This document shows positions 39,427 to 49,349 of a stretch of DNA of 64,000 nucleotides, piece after piece. The notes beneath the pieces are model-generated. The model was given only the letters and a program-made list of their open reading frames with translations. It searched no databases and was not told the DNA's origin. This stretch comes from an uncultured Draconibacterium sp. (lineage in GTDB: Bacteria > Bacteroidota > Bacteroidia > Bacteroidales > Prolixibacteraceae), in contig CAXXTY010000001.1 of NCBI GenBank assembly GCA_963662825.2, positions 739,884-803,883 of the forward strand, written 5' to 3'. A program made the translations under genes and the position numbers. The stretch's first letter is position 1. Each line of letters opens with the position of its first letter.

Positions 39427-39606
39427 ATTCAAAATTGAATTCAAACTTCCGGTTTGGTTTTGAATGTTCCGGCAGTATTGAATTTCAGTTTGAGCAGATT
39501 GTAACCCCTGCAACTTAAATCTTGTTAAAAAACCCGTTAAAATATGTTATCTTTCTGGCCTTACTGATACGAATACGATACTTTTGAATTCGATTTCAGA
39601 ATAAAA

Positions 39607-40362
39607 ATGAAAAGATTAAAAACTATCCTATTTATTGCTTTTGTCTTTTTCTCCGGGCTGGTTTTCGGACAGGATGACGATCTTGTTGATCCGATGCTGA
39701 TTCGCTTGCAGGCCAAAATCATCAGCGCCGGCGACAGTTCTGCAGTTCCTTACGCCAACATTGTAAACAACCGCACCCACAGCGGAACGATTACCAATGC
39801 GGAAGGTTTTTTTTCGTTGGAAATGCTGAATATCGACAGTTTACAAATTTCTTCTGTTGGTTTTGAAAAGGCCGTTTTTAAAGTACCTTACAATTATTCC
39901 GGTAATAAAATTCTGGTTTTCATTTTAAAACCGATGAATTACAATCTGGGTGAAGTTCAGGTGCAGGGGGAGCGGCCTAAAATTGATTTGGGGCTGGGAA
40001 CAGGAAAACCTACCGATATTTCACCCGAACTGCGTGGCGACGCTTTTAATGAAAATCCACCGGTAATTGCCGCACTTTTTAACCCGATTTCTTTCTGGCA
40101 GTATTACCTGAGCAAGCGCGAAAAACAAAAACGCGAAGTACGAAAAGCCATGGTTTTGGAAAAAAACTGGGAAATGCATTCGCAAAATTACAACAAAGAT
40201 ATGGTCATATTTTTAACCGGAATGACCGAACCCCAAGCCGACACTTTTATGGTTTGGTTCAATTCGCTCGATATTTTGCCGTATACTTCGAGCGAATACC
40301 AGGTTCGCGCTTCCATTTTGCAGTATTTCGAGATCTATAAAGAAGAAGGCCGTCTGAAATAA
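39607..40362 (+). CDS. Secreted protein with a carboxypeptidase-regulatory-like (CarboxypepD_reg) domain
   Basis: Signal peptide. The VPYANIVNNRTHSGTITNAEGFFSLEM motif is typical of the CarboxypepD_reg fold. Confidence 0.55.
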   Translation: MKRLKTILFIAFVFFSGLVFGQDDDLVDPMLIRLQAKIISAGDSSAVPYANIVNNRTHSGTITNAEGFFSLEMLNIDSLQISSVGFEKAVFKVPYNYSGNKILVFILKPMNYNLGEVQVQGERPKIDLGLGTGKPTDISPELRGDAFNENPPVIAALFNPISFWQYYLSKREKQKREVRKAMVLEKNWEMHSQNYNKDMVIFLTGMTEPQADTFMVWFNSLDILPYTSSEYQVRASILQYFEIYKEEGRLK

Positions 40363-40395
40363 AAAAGCCACCCAAAAATTGAGTGGCTCCTGTTT
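40362..40395. terminator. Bidirectional hairpin terminator between convergent genes
   Basis: AGCCAC-(11 nt)-GTGGCT, flanked by an A run and a T run. Confidence 0.6.
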
Positions 40396-40996
40396 TATAA
40401 TTCAGTCAGATAAATATTCCGCCATTTGACTTTTATACCGCCGCCGTCGTGAATCTGAAGTGCAATTGCACCTTTTCCTTGCGCAATTTTTTCATCTTCC
40501 AGATCAACCATTTGCACGCCATTTAACCAGGTGGTAACATGTCCGCCAACTACACGGATTTTCATTTTGTTCCACTCGCCCATTTTCAGAATGTTTTCCT
40601 TTTCGTCGGGAATCTGAACCAGCCAGCCGCGGCCGTACGATTCATAAATTCCGCCGGTATCGTGGTTTGGCGGAGCAACTTCAACCTGCCAGCCGCTCAC
40701 TTTTGTACCTTCGAATGTTGAACGGAAAAATACACCCGAGTTTCCGTTGGCTTCCTGCAAAAACTCGATTTCAAGTTCAAAATTATTGTAGAACTTTTCA
40801 GTTGAAAGATAACCGTACGCTTTATCAGGGCCGCTTTCGCAAACCAGCAGACCATTTTCAACATACCATTTTTCGGTACCATGAATTACCCAGCCTGTTA
40901 AATCTTTTCCGTTAAACAGTGATTTTGCATTTTGAGCACCGCTGTAAAAAAACCGACGGTCAGCAAAAGGATAAAAAATAAAAATGTTCTTTTCAT
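40395..40996 (-). pseudogene. DUF1080 (3-keto-disaccharide hydrolase-like) secreted protein, interrupted by a frameshift in a homopolymer
   Basis: The ATG at 40996 encodes the signal peptide MKRTFLFFILLLTVGFF. The DUF1080 body (SLFNGKDLTGWVIHGTEKWYVENG...IALQIHDGG...WRNIYL) lies in another frame. The frames meet at the A7 run at 40946-40952, and one extra base would fuse them. Confidence 0.7.
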
Positions 40997-41036
40997 GTCG
41001 TTAGTTAGTTTTTATTGATATTCAGAAAATTCGGTT

Positions 41037-41693
41037 TTAGCGACCCAGTTCTTTTTTCAACAGTTTTACATTGTTTTCCAAACGTGTGATGGTGGCGTCT
41101 TTCTCTTCCATCTGTTTTTTGAGTGCGACAGTTTCAGCCTTAACTTTATCGAGATCGGCCTGCAACCCGGCAAGTTTTGTTTCCCCGGTTTTTTTGTCCG
41201 ATTCAAGCAGGGTAATCTTTTCCTGCAACTGTTTTTTGTCGAAATTGAATTGATCGATTGCTGAAGATTGTGTTTCTGATTCGTTTTCCAATTGCGCCAC
41301 TTTTGCTTCCAGTGTCCTAATCGACTGATCCTTCTGTGCTATAGTAGCATTTAACTGTTGTTTTTCGAAACCCATGTTAAAACTGGTTTCTTTCATCGAC
41401 TGTTTTTGTTCCGACAAAGTTTCATTCAGCGCAAACACTTCTTTTTTCAGCGAATCAATATAATTATCCTTTAAAGCGTTGCTTTGCATCAACTCGTTTT
41501 TCATGGCTTCAAAATCCGAAATCAGCGCTTCAATGCGTTTTGCGCGCGCATTATTTTCGTCGGTTAACTGACGCACCTGTTCTTCGGCTTTCAGACGCCC
41601 GTTTTGCATTTCAACAAATTTCTTCTTCGAAACACACGAGGTAAATATGAATAAAACGGAGAATATAAAAACTGATAGTTTAATTCGTGACAT
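41037..41693 (-). CDS. Coiled-coil lipoprotein, function unknown
   Basis: Lipobox FIFTSC after MSRIKLSVFIFSVL. The remainder is heptad-rich and Glu/Lys/Gln-rich. Confidence 0.55.
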   Translation of the reverse strand: MSRIKLSVFIFSVLFIFTSCVSKKKFVEMQNGRLKAEEQVRQLTDENNARAKRIEALISDFEAMKNELMQSNALKDNYIDSLKKEVFALNETLSEQKQSMKETSFNMGFEKQQLNATIAQKDQSIRTLEAKVAQLENESETQSSAIDQFNFDKKQLQEKITLLESDKKTGETKLAGLQADLDKVKAETVALKKQMEEKDATITRLENNVKLLKKELGR

Positions 41694-41794
41694 AATTTTC
41701 AATCGTTTTAACAAAGATATAAATAATAATTCCCTTTAATAACGTTATATAAGTGCGGTTGGTATTTATTTACTACTTTTAATTTAAAAAGAAA

Positions 41795-42919
41795 ATGAAG
41801 ACAATTACTATATTTTTCGGGCTGATTTTACTTGTTTCCGGAGTTTGGGCACAGGAAGCCGGCAAAACACAAAAAATTGTAAAAGGAAAGGTGATTGACG
41901 AAGCTTCTCTCGAACCGGTTTCGTACACCAACATTGGTTTGGAAGGTACTTATTTCGGAACGGCCAGCGATGCAGAAGGAAATTTCGAGCTAAAAATTCC
42001 GGACGATTTATCAGCAAAAAATGTCTTCTTTTCTGCAGTGGGATTCAAAAACAAAACTTTCCCCGTTTCCGATCTTTTTGAAAAAGAATTTAATGTGATT
42101 AAACTTCAGTCGCAATCGTACGACATTGGCAATATTGATGTGGCTGCCCAATCAAAAGTCCTCATCCGCATTTTGCGAATGGCGTCTGAAAATATACCGT
42201 ATAATTTTCTGGCCGGACCGTTTAACCTGGTTTGCAGTTACGAAAATACAGTAATTACCGACGACACCTTACACACCGACCAAAAAGCAAATGTTGTGAT
42301 TTACGACAAGAATGGTTATACCAATCCGGGCAAACAGAATGCGTTTGAATCGGTAAAATATACATTTGAAAAAGCAACGCCCGATGCATCAGACTATCGT
42401 TTTTCAACCGGGATAAACAATCTCGACGAATTACTTGGACTGGATTGGGTTCGCTCCGGATCGTCGGTTTTAAATCCTGCACTTATTTCTGAATTTAAAC
42501 TTTCACTTTCCGAAGAGCCGGTTATCGACGGAAAAAACTGCTGGGTAATTGTTTTCAGCCAAAACAAACCGACACTGGCAGTAAGCGGCGATTTTTACGC
42601 TACTTCTTTTGAAGGAAAAATTACCGTTGCCAAAGAAGATTATTCGGTAATAAAAATTGAGGGAAAGGTAAAATCTGTCAAAAATAGTTTGCAGGGAAGA
42701 TCGGTAGCCGTTTCTGATGAAAGTGTTAAGGTTAGAAAAAATGTTGCATACGATTTTTCGGTTCTTTACTCGGGTTTAAAACCAAGTGAAATTTCGCTTC
42801 ACAAAACATACGAATGCGACGGACAGCAAATTCAGGAAGACTCAAAACTGATAATTGACCGGGTTCAAACAACAAATATTACAGCTTTAAAAACCAGGGA
42901 TTATTTTTCAGGAAAATAA
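41795..42919 (+). CDS. Secreted CarboxypepD_reg-like domain protein, function unknown
   Basis: Signal peptide, then VKGKVIDEASLEPVSYTNIGLEGTYFGTASDAEGNFELKIP. Confidence 0.55.
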   Translation: MKTITIFFGLILLVSGVWAQEAGKTQKIVKGKVIDEASLEPVSYTNIGLEGTYFGTASDAEGNFELKIPDDLSAKNVFFSAVGFKNKTFPVSDLFEKEFNVIKLQSQSYDIGNIDVAAQSKVLIRILRMASENIPYNFLAGPFNLVCSYENTVITDDTLHTDQKANVVIYDKNGYTNPGKQNAFESVKYTFEKATPDASDYRFSTGINNLDELLGLDWVRSGSSVLNPALISEFKLSLSEEPVIDGKNCWVIVFSQNKPTLAVSGDFYATSFEGKITVAKEDYSVIKIEGKVKSVKNSLQGRSVAVSDESVKVRKNVAYDFSVLYSGLKPSEISLHKTYECDGQQIQEDSKLIIDRVQTTNITALKTRDYFSGK

Positions 42920-42920
42920 A

Positions 42921-43163
42921 TTATTTATCAAGTAAAGCGGCAACCGAAATATCTTCATCAAGAGATTCCCAGTGAATTCCTATTCCGTTTCCGATAAAAC
43001 GCCAATTGTTTAGTTCTGCTTTGGTTGCTTTTCGTAATCGTGAAAACCATAAAAGAGGAACACCAATTTCACGCCCATCATGCAATTGAACATAAAGCAT
43101 ATCTTCGGTAAACCATATTTTACTTGCCGAAACCGGAGATGTTCTATTTGCTAAAGTATTCAT
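42921..43163 (-). CDS. DUF2442 domain protein
   Basis: 80 aa. The pattern L.V.L.DGREI.VPL.WF.RL..AT..EL.NW...G.G..IHW..LDEDISV matches DUF2442. Confidence 0.65.
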   Translation of the reverse strand: MNTLANRTSPVSASKIWFTEDMLYVQLHDGREIGVPLLWFSRLRKATKAELNNWRFIGNGIGIHWESLDEDISVAALLDK

Positions 43164-43359
43164 TCCACCTTAATTTAAATAACTCTTTGTTATCATCAAT
43201 AACTTCACTAATCAATCTTAACTCTTTACTATTAAAACCATAATTAGCTACATTAACAACAGGATCAAGCCAAAATTTCGCGTAACAATCTGCTTTTTCG
43301 ATATGAATATGAATTGGTTCATTTCCTTCATTACTAAGAAAAGAAAAAACGAAATCCAT
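43144..43359 (-). CDS. DUF4160 domain protein
   Basis: 71 aa. SNEGNEPIHIHIEKADCYAKFWL matches the DUF4160 core. It overlaps the DUF2442 gene by 20 nt. Confidence 0.6.
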   Translation of the reverse strand: MDFVFSFLSNEGNEPIHIHIEKADCYAKFWLDPVVNVANYGFNSKELRLISEVIDDNKELFKLRWNEYFSK

Positions 43360-43477
43360 GTATTTTTAATACAGTTGGCAGGAACAAATTTAATCAATAA
43401 AAAAAGGCTGTCCAAAAAGTAAAGAACTTATGTAAATCTTTCCTTTTGCGCAGTCTCTTTTATAAATTTTCTTACAA

Positions 43478-44809
43478 TTATTTCTTATCTCCTTTAAACA
43501 GCTCTTCCTGGGTAACCACTTTTACCTGCATGCTGTCTTTTAACGAACGGGTGATGGCATTGTAAGGTGCAACAACCACTTCTTCGCCTCCAGACAAACC
43601 TTCGAGAATTTCGATGCTGTTGTTGTCCTGGATACCGGTTTTTACTTCCACTTTAAAAACTCGTCCGTCACGCACCACAAAAACAATTTCCTGTTTTTCT
43701 TCTTTTTTGGTGGATTCTTCATCTTCTTCAGTAAGAGTAGCTTCAGTTTCGTCTTTAACTTCTTCGGTACCGCCACCTTCTTTTTTAACACGGGTAGTCA
43801 CTGCCGAAATGGGCACAGTAATTACGTTATTTCGTGTTTCGGTCTGAATATCGACAGTAGCCGACATTCCGGGGCGAAACGGATAAAGTTTTCCTCCCAC
43901 AGAATCAACCAAATCGGAATATGAATCCGAAAGTAAAAACACTTTAACATCGAAATTGGTTACCTGGTCGGTTGTTGTTCCGGTAGTAATTGCAGAATTG
44001 GCAATTTCGGTAACCACACCTTTAAACTTGCGCTGCAAATACGCATCAACTTCAACCAGCGCAGTATCAAGTTTGGCTACTTTTACAATATCGTTTTCGT
44101 TAACTTCCACCTGCACTTCCATACGATCCAAGTCGGCAACAATCATCATTTCAGTTCCAACCATCATACTTGTCCCAACCACACGCTCACCTTTTTCAAC
44201 ATTTAAAGCTGAAATAGTACCTGGAATAGGGGCATAAATTTTTGTTTTTGTAAGTTGCTCCTGAGCTTCGGAAACCGATGCATCGGCGCTTTTTACAGAA
44301 AATTCAGCAGCTTTAACTTCCGACTGAGCCACTTTATATGCAACTTCGGCAGATTCGAATTCAGAAACAGGAATGGCGCCGGCGTCGAAAAGTTGTTTTG
44401 CCCTTTTAAAGGCCAGGTTCTTTTCAAGTTGTTGTGCTTCGGCCTGCGCCTGCCGCGCCTTCGATGAGTTTAATGTTGCTTCGGCACGGTTTAGTGCCGA
44501 CACGTACATTTCGGGTTTTATCACACAAAGCAATTGGCCTTTTTCTACCTGGTCGCCTTCTTCAACATACAATTCAACAATTTCCCCGGCAACATCAGGA
44601 CTGATTTTTACTTCGGTTTCGGGTTGAATTTTACCGTTGGCAGTAATCAACTCAGTAATGGTTTTGCTTTCTACTTTTTCAGTTGCTACGCTAACGGCAA
44701 AGTCCTGCCCGAACCAACCTGCCTTTTTTCCAACAACCAAAAAAATGATGATGATAACAACAAATCCAATTGCGAATGGTAAAATCTTTTTTTGCTTCAT
44801 TTCCGACAA
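43478..44809 (-). CDS. Efflux transporter periplasmic adaptor subunit (HlyD/MacA-like), with no pump gene adjacent
   Basis: 443 aa. N-terminal TM anchor, lipoyl/barrel-sandwich motifs, coiled-coil hairpin, and an acidic insertion near the C-terminus. Confidence 0.8.
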   Translation of the reverse strand: MSEMKQKKILPFAIGFVVIIIIFLVVGKKAGWFGQDFAVSVATEKVESKTITELITANGKIQPETEVKISPDVAGEIVELYVEEGDQVEKGQLLCVIKPEMYVSALNRAEATLNSSKARQAQAEAQQLEKNLAFKRAKQLFDAGAIPVSEFESAEVAYKVAQSEVKAAEFSVKSADASVSEAQEQLTKTKIYAPIPGTISALNVEKGERVVGTSMMVGTEMMIVADLDRMEVQVEVNENDIVKVAKLDTALVEVDAYLQRKFKGVVTEIANSAITTGTTTDQVTNFDVKVFLLSDSYSDLVDSVGGKLYPFRPGMSATVDIQTETRNNVITVPISAVTTRVKKEGGGTEEVKDETEATLTEEDEESTKKEEKQEIVFVVRDGRVFKVEVKTGIQDNNSIEILEGLSGGEEVVVAPYNAITRSLKDSMQVKVVTQEELFKGDKK

Positions 44810-44898
44810 AGTTTTGATTAATATGTCAGTTTAATACTAGTAAAATTACACCAGAAAACCGTTACAACAGAAAAAATTATCCGCCAACAACCGGTATT

Positions 44899-46149
44899 TT
44901 ACTGTTTAACCAACATTCTCGCGGTTAAACGGCTGTGCTGCTCCAGATAAATATCCTTTTCCTTCACCATCCAGTCGAGCACTTCTTCGGTATAATACCG
45001 AATGGTAATCAGCGTCAATCCTGTATTGTAACGAATGGAATAAAATGGCGAAAACTCATTAAAAATACTGTCGAGATTTGCTTCCGGGGCAAAAAGCACC
45101 AGGTTTAAATCAATAGCCGACTGCTGCATCAAAGTTACTTTTATATGATTTTCGATGAGGTAAGTTACAACGCGGTTAATATCTTCGATACTGATGAACG
45201 AAAAATCTTTGGGCGACAACGTTATCAAGACAAGGTTTTCCTTCAGAATAAAAATGGGCGGCAGTTCAATCTTATGGTCTATTTTGTGAATTACTGTTCC
45301 CGGGTCTTCAGGTGTGACGAATGATTTTACATAAAGTGAAATTGCCTTGTTGTGGAGTGGTTTCATTGTTTTCGGGTGAATAATCTGAGCTCCCGAATGG
45401 GTCATTTCCACGGCTTCGCGGTACGAAAGTTCGCTGATTTTTACCGTGCCTTCCATTTTCTTTGGGTCAGCGCTTAAAACACCGGGTACATCTTTCCAGA
45501 ATGTCACACTTTCGGCATTTAATGAACTGCCCAAAATTGCCGCTGTAAAATCGGAACCTTCGCGCCCCAGCGATGTGGTTAAATTGGTGGTGGTAGAACC
45601 AATAAAACCCTGCGTAATAAACAGTTTTTCGCCGTTAAAATGAAAAGTTTCGTTTACCAGTTTTTCAGTCAGTTCCCAGTCAACATTGGCGTCGCGGTAA
45701 TCGTCGTCGGTACGCAAACAGGTACGTACATCAATCCATTGATTTTTCACCCCCGAATAATTCAAATAATCGCTGATAATTTGTGTTGAAACCAGCTCGC
45801 CAAAACAAATAATCTGGTCGTATTCAAAATTATAAAACAACGAAGGGGCTTTTTTCAGTTTCATTTCCAATTCCGAAAACAGGTTATTTACCGATTCCGG
45901 AATTCCATTTCCGTCGAACAAATCGTCGATAATTTCAATATGATAATTTTTAAACTGCTGAAAAACCTCCCATTTTTTGGTGTCTTTTTCAAAATAAGCT
46001 TTTACCAGTGTTTCTAATAAATTGGTTGTTTTTCCCATAGCCGAAATCACAACCAGTAAATTTTCATCGTATTGTTTGATAATTTTTTGCACATTTTTTA
46101 CAGCGTCGGCGCTTTTAACTGAGGCCCCGCCAAACTTAAAAATCTTCAT
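44899..46149 (-). CDS. Aspartate kinase
   Basis: 416 aa. MKIFKFGGASV...VVISAMGKTTN kinase N-terminus and C-terminal ACT-like region. Confidence 0.85.
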   Translation of the reverse strand: MKIFKFGGASVKSADAVKNVQKIIKQYDENLLVVISAMGKTTNLLETLVKAYFEKDTKKWEVFQQFKNYHIEIIDDLFDGNGIPESVNNLFSELEMKLKKAPSLFYNFEYDQIICFGELVSTQIISDYLNYSGVKNQWIDVRTCLRTDDDYRDANVDWELTEKLVNETFHFNGEKLFITQGFIGSTTTNLTTSLGREGSDFTAAILGSSLNAESVTFWKDVPGVLSADPKKMEGTVKISELSYREAVEMTHSGAQIIHPKTMKPLHNKAISLYVKSFVTPEDPGTVIHKIDHKIELPPIFILKENLVLITLSPKDFSFISIEDINRVVTYLIENHIKVTLMQQSAIDLNLVLFAPEANLDSIFNEFSPFYSIRYNTGLTLITIRYYTEEVLDWMVKEKDIYLEQHSRLTARMLVKQ

Positions 46150-46374
46150 AATGTTTGTTTATTTTGAATAGAACCAGAATCATTTAATAATTTAACTTCC
46201 GCAAATTCAGAAGTAAAAACTTCGGCAAAACTAAAGAAATATTATTTCATCATTACATCGCAAGGTACGAAACTAATTGTTCCTGAAAAAAATCATTATT
46301 TTAGATGTTCTTCAAAAAAGGCAATTAAAAAAGACTTTTCAAGAGTGATTTCAGAATTCTATTACATAAAAACT

Positions 46375-48756
46375 ATGAAAAAACTGCTGCTAATTATTTT
46401 AACTTTTTGTGCATTTACAGGATTTGCACAAATTGAAAAAAACAACAAAAGTGCGTTAACCATCGAAAAAATCATGCAGGATCCCGACAAGTGGATTGGC
46501 ACTTCGCCCGATCGTATTTCGTGGGATTTAAACAGCGGAAAGATTTATTTTACGTGGAACCCGGAGCACGACACGCTTGCTTCGTTGTATTCCTATGTTT
46601 TAAAAACAAAAAAAATTGAAAAGGTATCGAAGGAAGAAAAAGCAACGCTTCCCGACCATTTTTCGAGCTACAATTCCGACCGCTCTAAAATGGTTTGTAT
46701 CAGAAACGGCAACCTCTTTTTGCTTGATTTGAAAAAAGGTACCGAAAAACAACTTACCGACTGGATGCAACGAATTTCGAATCCGGAATTTGCTTTGAAC
46801 GACACACACATTTCGTTTTTGTTCAACCAGAATTTGTTTTTACTGAACCTGACAACCGGAGCAGTTAAACAGGTAACCAATTTTTCATCGGGAGAAGATC
46901 GCCCGGAAAAAAAGAGTTCGGGAGTCGACAAATGGTTGGAAGATCAGCAACTGGAACTTTTCGATGTTTTGAAAGAAAGAAAAGCAATGGACCAGGCACG
47001 CGAAAACCAAAGCAAAGCTGAAGAAACCCCGGAGTTGTTAAAAATAAATATCGGCCGGAACAGGCTTGCCAATGCAGCGCTTAGTCCGACAGGAAATTTT
47101 GTTGTTTATTCGCTTTTTGAAATGCAACGCGAACAAAAACCTACATCGGTGATGCATTTTGTAACCGAGTCGGGGTACGCCGAAGCCCGCGACGGAAGAG
47201 CCAAAGTGGGCAATTCGCAAACAAATTCTGAAATGGGAATTTTTGATGTCGCCGGAAATAAAGCAATTAAAATTCAAACCGAAACCATTCCCTGGTTAAA
47301 AGATTTACCCGATTATCTGAAGGACTACCCTGAAAAAATGCCAAAAGATCCGTCGGCCATTAAAAACCGCCCCATCAATTTAATGGGACCTGTCTGGAAT
47401 CCTGAAAAAGACATTGCTGTTGTAGTAGCGCTCTCGCAGGACAACAAAGACCGCTGGATTTTACTGCTCGACCCTGCCACCGGAAATCTCGACCTGCTCG
47501 ATCGTCAGCGCGACGAAGCCTGGATTGGCGGTCCCGGTGTTGAAGGCTGGGGATTTTCTGCAGGAAATATTGGCTGGATGGCCGATGGAAAATCGATCTG
47601 GTTTCAGTCGGAAGAATCGGGATATTCGCACCTCTATGTTTTGAACACCGAAACCAAAACAAAAAAAGCGCTCACCAGCGGAAAATTTGAAGTTTCGGAT
47701 GTTTCACTTTCAAACGATAAAAAATTTTTCTATTTAACAGCAAATAAAGTTCACCCCGGCGTTAAGCATTTTTACAAACTGCCTGCTGATGGCGGTGAAA
47801 TGGTGCAACTTACATCGGTTGAAGGAAACAACGAAGTAACACTATCGCCCGATGAAAAATACCTGGCTATTCGTTATTCGTTTGCCAACAAACCGGAAGA
47901 ATTGTATTTACAGGAAAACAAAGCAGGAGCGCAGGCCATTCAGATCACCAGTTCAACAACAGCTGAATTTAATAAATATCCGTGGCGGGTTCCTGAATTT
48001 ATAACATTTAAAGCAGAAGACGGCGCTGAAGTTTACGCCCGCTTGTACCGTCCTGAAAACCCAACAAAACAAGGCCCGGCAGTAATTTTTGTACACGGCG
48101 CCGGTTATTTGCAAAACGCCCATAAATGGTGGAGCAGTTATTACCACGAATTTATGTTTCATAATTTTTTGGTGGATAACGGATATACTGTTTTGGACAT
48201 GGATTACCGCGGAAGCGCCGGTTACGGACGCGACTGGAGAACCGGAATTTACAGGTACATGGGTGGAAAAGATCTTTCCGACCAGGTTGACGGAGCAAAA
48301 ATGCTCGTAGAAAAATACGATGTTTCGCCAAAGAAAATTGGTCTTTACGGTGGTTCATACGGTGGTTTTATTACGCTAATGGCCATGTTTAATGCACCCG
48401 ATGTTTTTGCTGCCGGCGCAGCTTTGCGTTCGGTAACCGACTGGGCACATTACAACCACGGATACACTGCCAACATCTTAAATACTCCTGTGGAAGACAG
48501 CATCGCTTATGTTCGCAGCTCACCCATATATTTTGCAGAAGGATTAAAGGGCGCACTGTTAATGTGCCACGGAATGGTTGACGACAATGTAGAATTTCAG
48601 GATATTGTAAGGTTAACCCAACGCCTCATTGAACTGGGAAAAGAAAACTGGGAACTTGCCGTTTTCCCCGTTGAATCGCACGGTTTTGTTGAGTCTTCGA
48701 GCTGGACCGACGAGTACAAACGCATTTATAAACTGTTTGAAGACAATCTGAAATAA
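46375..48756 (+). CDS. S9-family serine peptidase (prolyl oligopeptidase / dipeptidyl-peptidase type)
   Basis: Signal peptide MKKLLLIILTFCAFTGFAQ, beta-propeller region, C-terminal alpha/beta hydrolase with GGSYGG nucleophile elbow and a His in ESHGF. Confidence 0.9.
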   Translation: MKKLLLIILTFCAFTGFAQIEKNNKSALTIEKIMQDPDKWIGTSPDRISWDLNSGKIYFTWNPEHDTLASLYSYVLKTKKIEKVSKEEKATLPDHFSSYNSDRSKMVCIRNGNLFLLDLKKGTEKQLTDWMQRISNPEFALNDTHISFLFNQNLFLLNLTTGAVKQVTNFSSGEDRPEKKSSGVDKWLEDQQLELFDVLKERKAMDQARENQSKAEETPELLKINIGRNRLANAALSPTGNFVVYSLFEMQREQKPTSVMHFVTESGYAEARDGRAKVGNSQTNSEMGIFDVAGNKAIKIQTETIPWLKDLPDYLKDYPEKMPKDPSAIKNRPINLMGPVWNPEKDIAVVVALSQDNKDRWILLLDPATGNLDLLDRQRDEAWIGGPGVEGWGFSAGNIGWMADGKSIWFQSEESGYSHLYVLNTETKTKKALTSGKFEVSDVSLSNDKKFFYLTANKVHPGVKHFYKLPADGGEMVQLTSVEGNNEVTLSPDEKYLAIRYSFANKPEELYLQENKAGAQAIQITSSTTAEFNKYPWRVPEFITFKAEDGAEVYARLYRPENPTKQGPAVIFVHGAGYLQNAHKWWSSYYHEFMFHNFLVDNGYTVLDMDYRGSAGYGRDWRTGIYRYMGGKDLSDQVDGAKMLVEKYDVSPKKIGLYGGSYGGFITLMAMFNAPDVFAAGAALRSVTDWAHYNHGYTANILNTPVEDSIAYVRSSPIYFAEGLKGALLMCHGMVDDNVEFQDIVRLTQRLIELGKENWELAVFPVESHGFVESSSWTDEYKRIYKLFEDNLK

Positions 48757-48765
48757 CAAAATACA

Positions 48766-48811
48766 ACAGGCTGAAAATCATCTGAATAAAATGAATTTTC
48801 AGCCTGTTTTT
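48766..48811 (+). terminator. Rho-independent terminator after the S9 peptidase gene
   Basis: 13-bp stem ACAGGCTGAAAAT / ATTTTCAGCCTGT followed by TTTTT. Confidence 0.75.
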
Positions 48812-48867
48812 AAATAAACCTGAATTTTTGACCAATAAAATACCGATGATTTTCAACCGAACGATTT

Positions 48868-49248
48868 TTGATTGTAAATTTGTATCAATTTAAAATCTCG
48901 GGATTGAAGAGTTTCTTTCAAATATTAAAACCGGTAATCTTTCTGATTTTATACCTGGTTTTTGTTTCAAGTGTTCAAACGCCAACGTTTGATTGCAACT
49001 TTCCCTCCATTTCCAATTCTGATTTAACAACTTTAAACTCAGTAAGTTTTGAAGCAGCCTGCGAAACATCTTCATTTTTGGAAGATTCTGAAGATTCAGA
49101 TAAAGAATTTTTAATTTTTTCGGATAAAACTGATGATGAAAAATCATTTCCGGTAAAAATCAAAACCACAAAAAAGCCCTGCATTCAAAACTATAAAGTA
49201 ATATTTCTGATTCATTACACCGATTTACCTCCCCCTTATTTTACCTGA
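48868..49248 (+). CDS. Doubtful hypothetical ORF
   Basis: 126-aa ORF with one hydrophobic segment and no recognisable motif. Overlapping antisense ORFs of similar length argue against coding. Confidence 0.2.
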   Translation: MIVNLYQFKISGLKSFFQILKPVIFLILYLVFVSSVQTPTFDCNFPSISNSDLTTLNSVSFEAACETSSFLEDSEDSDKEFLIFSDKTDDEKSFPVKIKTTKKPCIQNYKVIFLIHYTDLPPPYFT

Positions 49249-49349
49249 AAATCCTGGTTTCAATTCAGAAAATTAAATCAGGAGTAACTCAACTATTTTT
49301 TTACGTAAAATTGTTTATTCAATAAGGGAATAAAAATCCGCACATTTGC

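Noticed and set aside
43381-43440. Terminator downstream of the adaptor gene (an AAAAAGGCTGTCC half-site)
   Set aside because: Only one arm of the usual GGCTGTCC / GGACAGCC hairpin is present. No convincing complementary arm follows.
46150-46344. Lysine riboswitch (L-box) upstream of the aspartate kinase gene
   Set aside because: The region is very AT-rich. I could not find the conserved GC-rich helices or the AGAGGNGC-type core on the minus strand.
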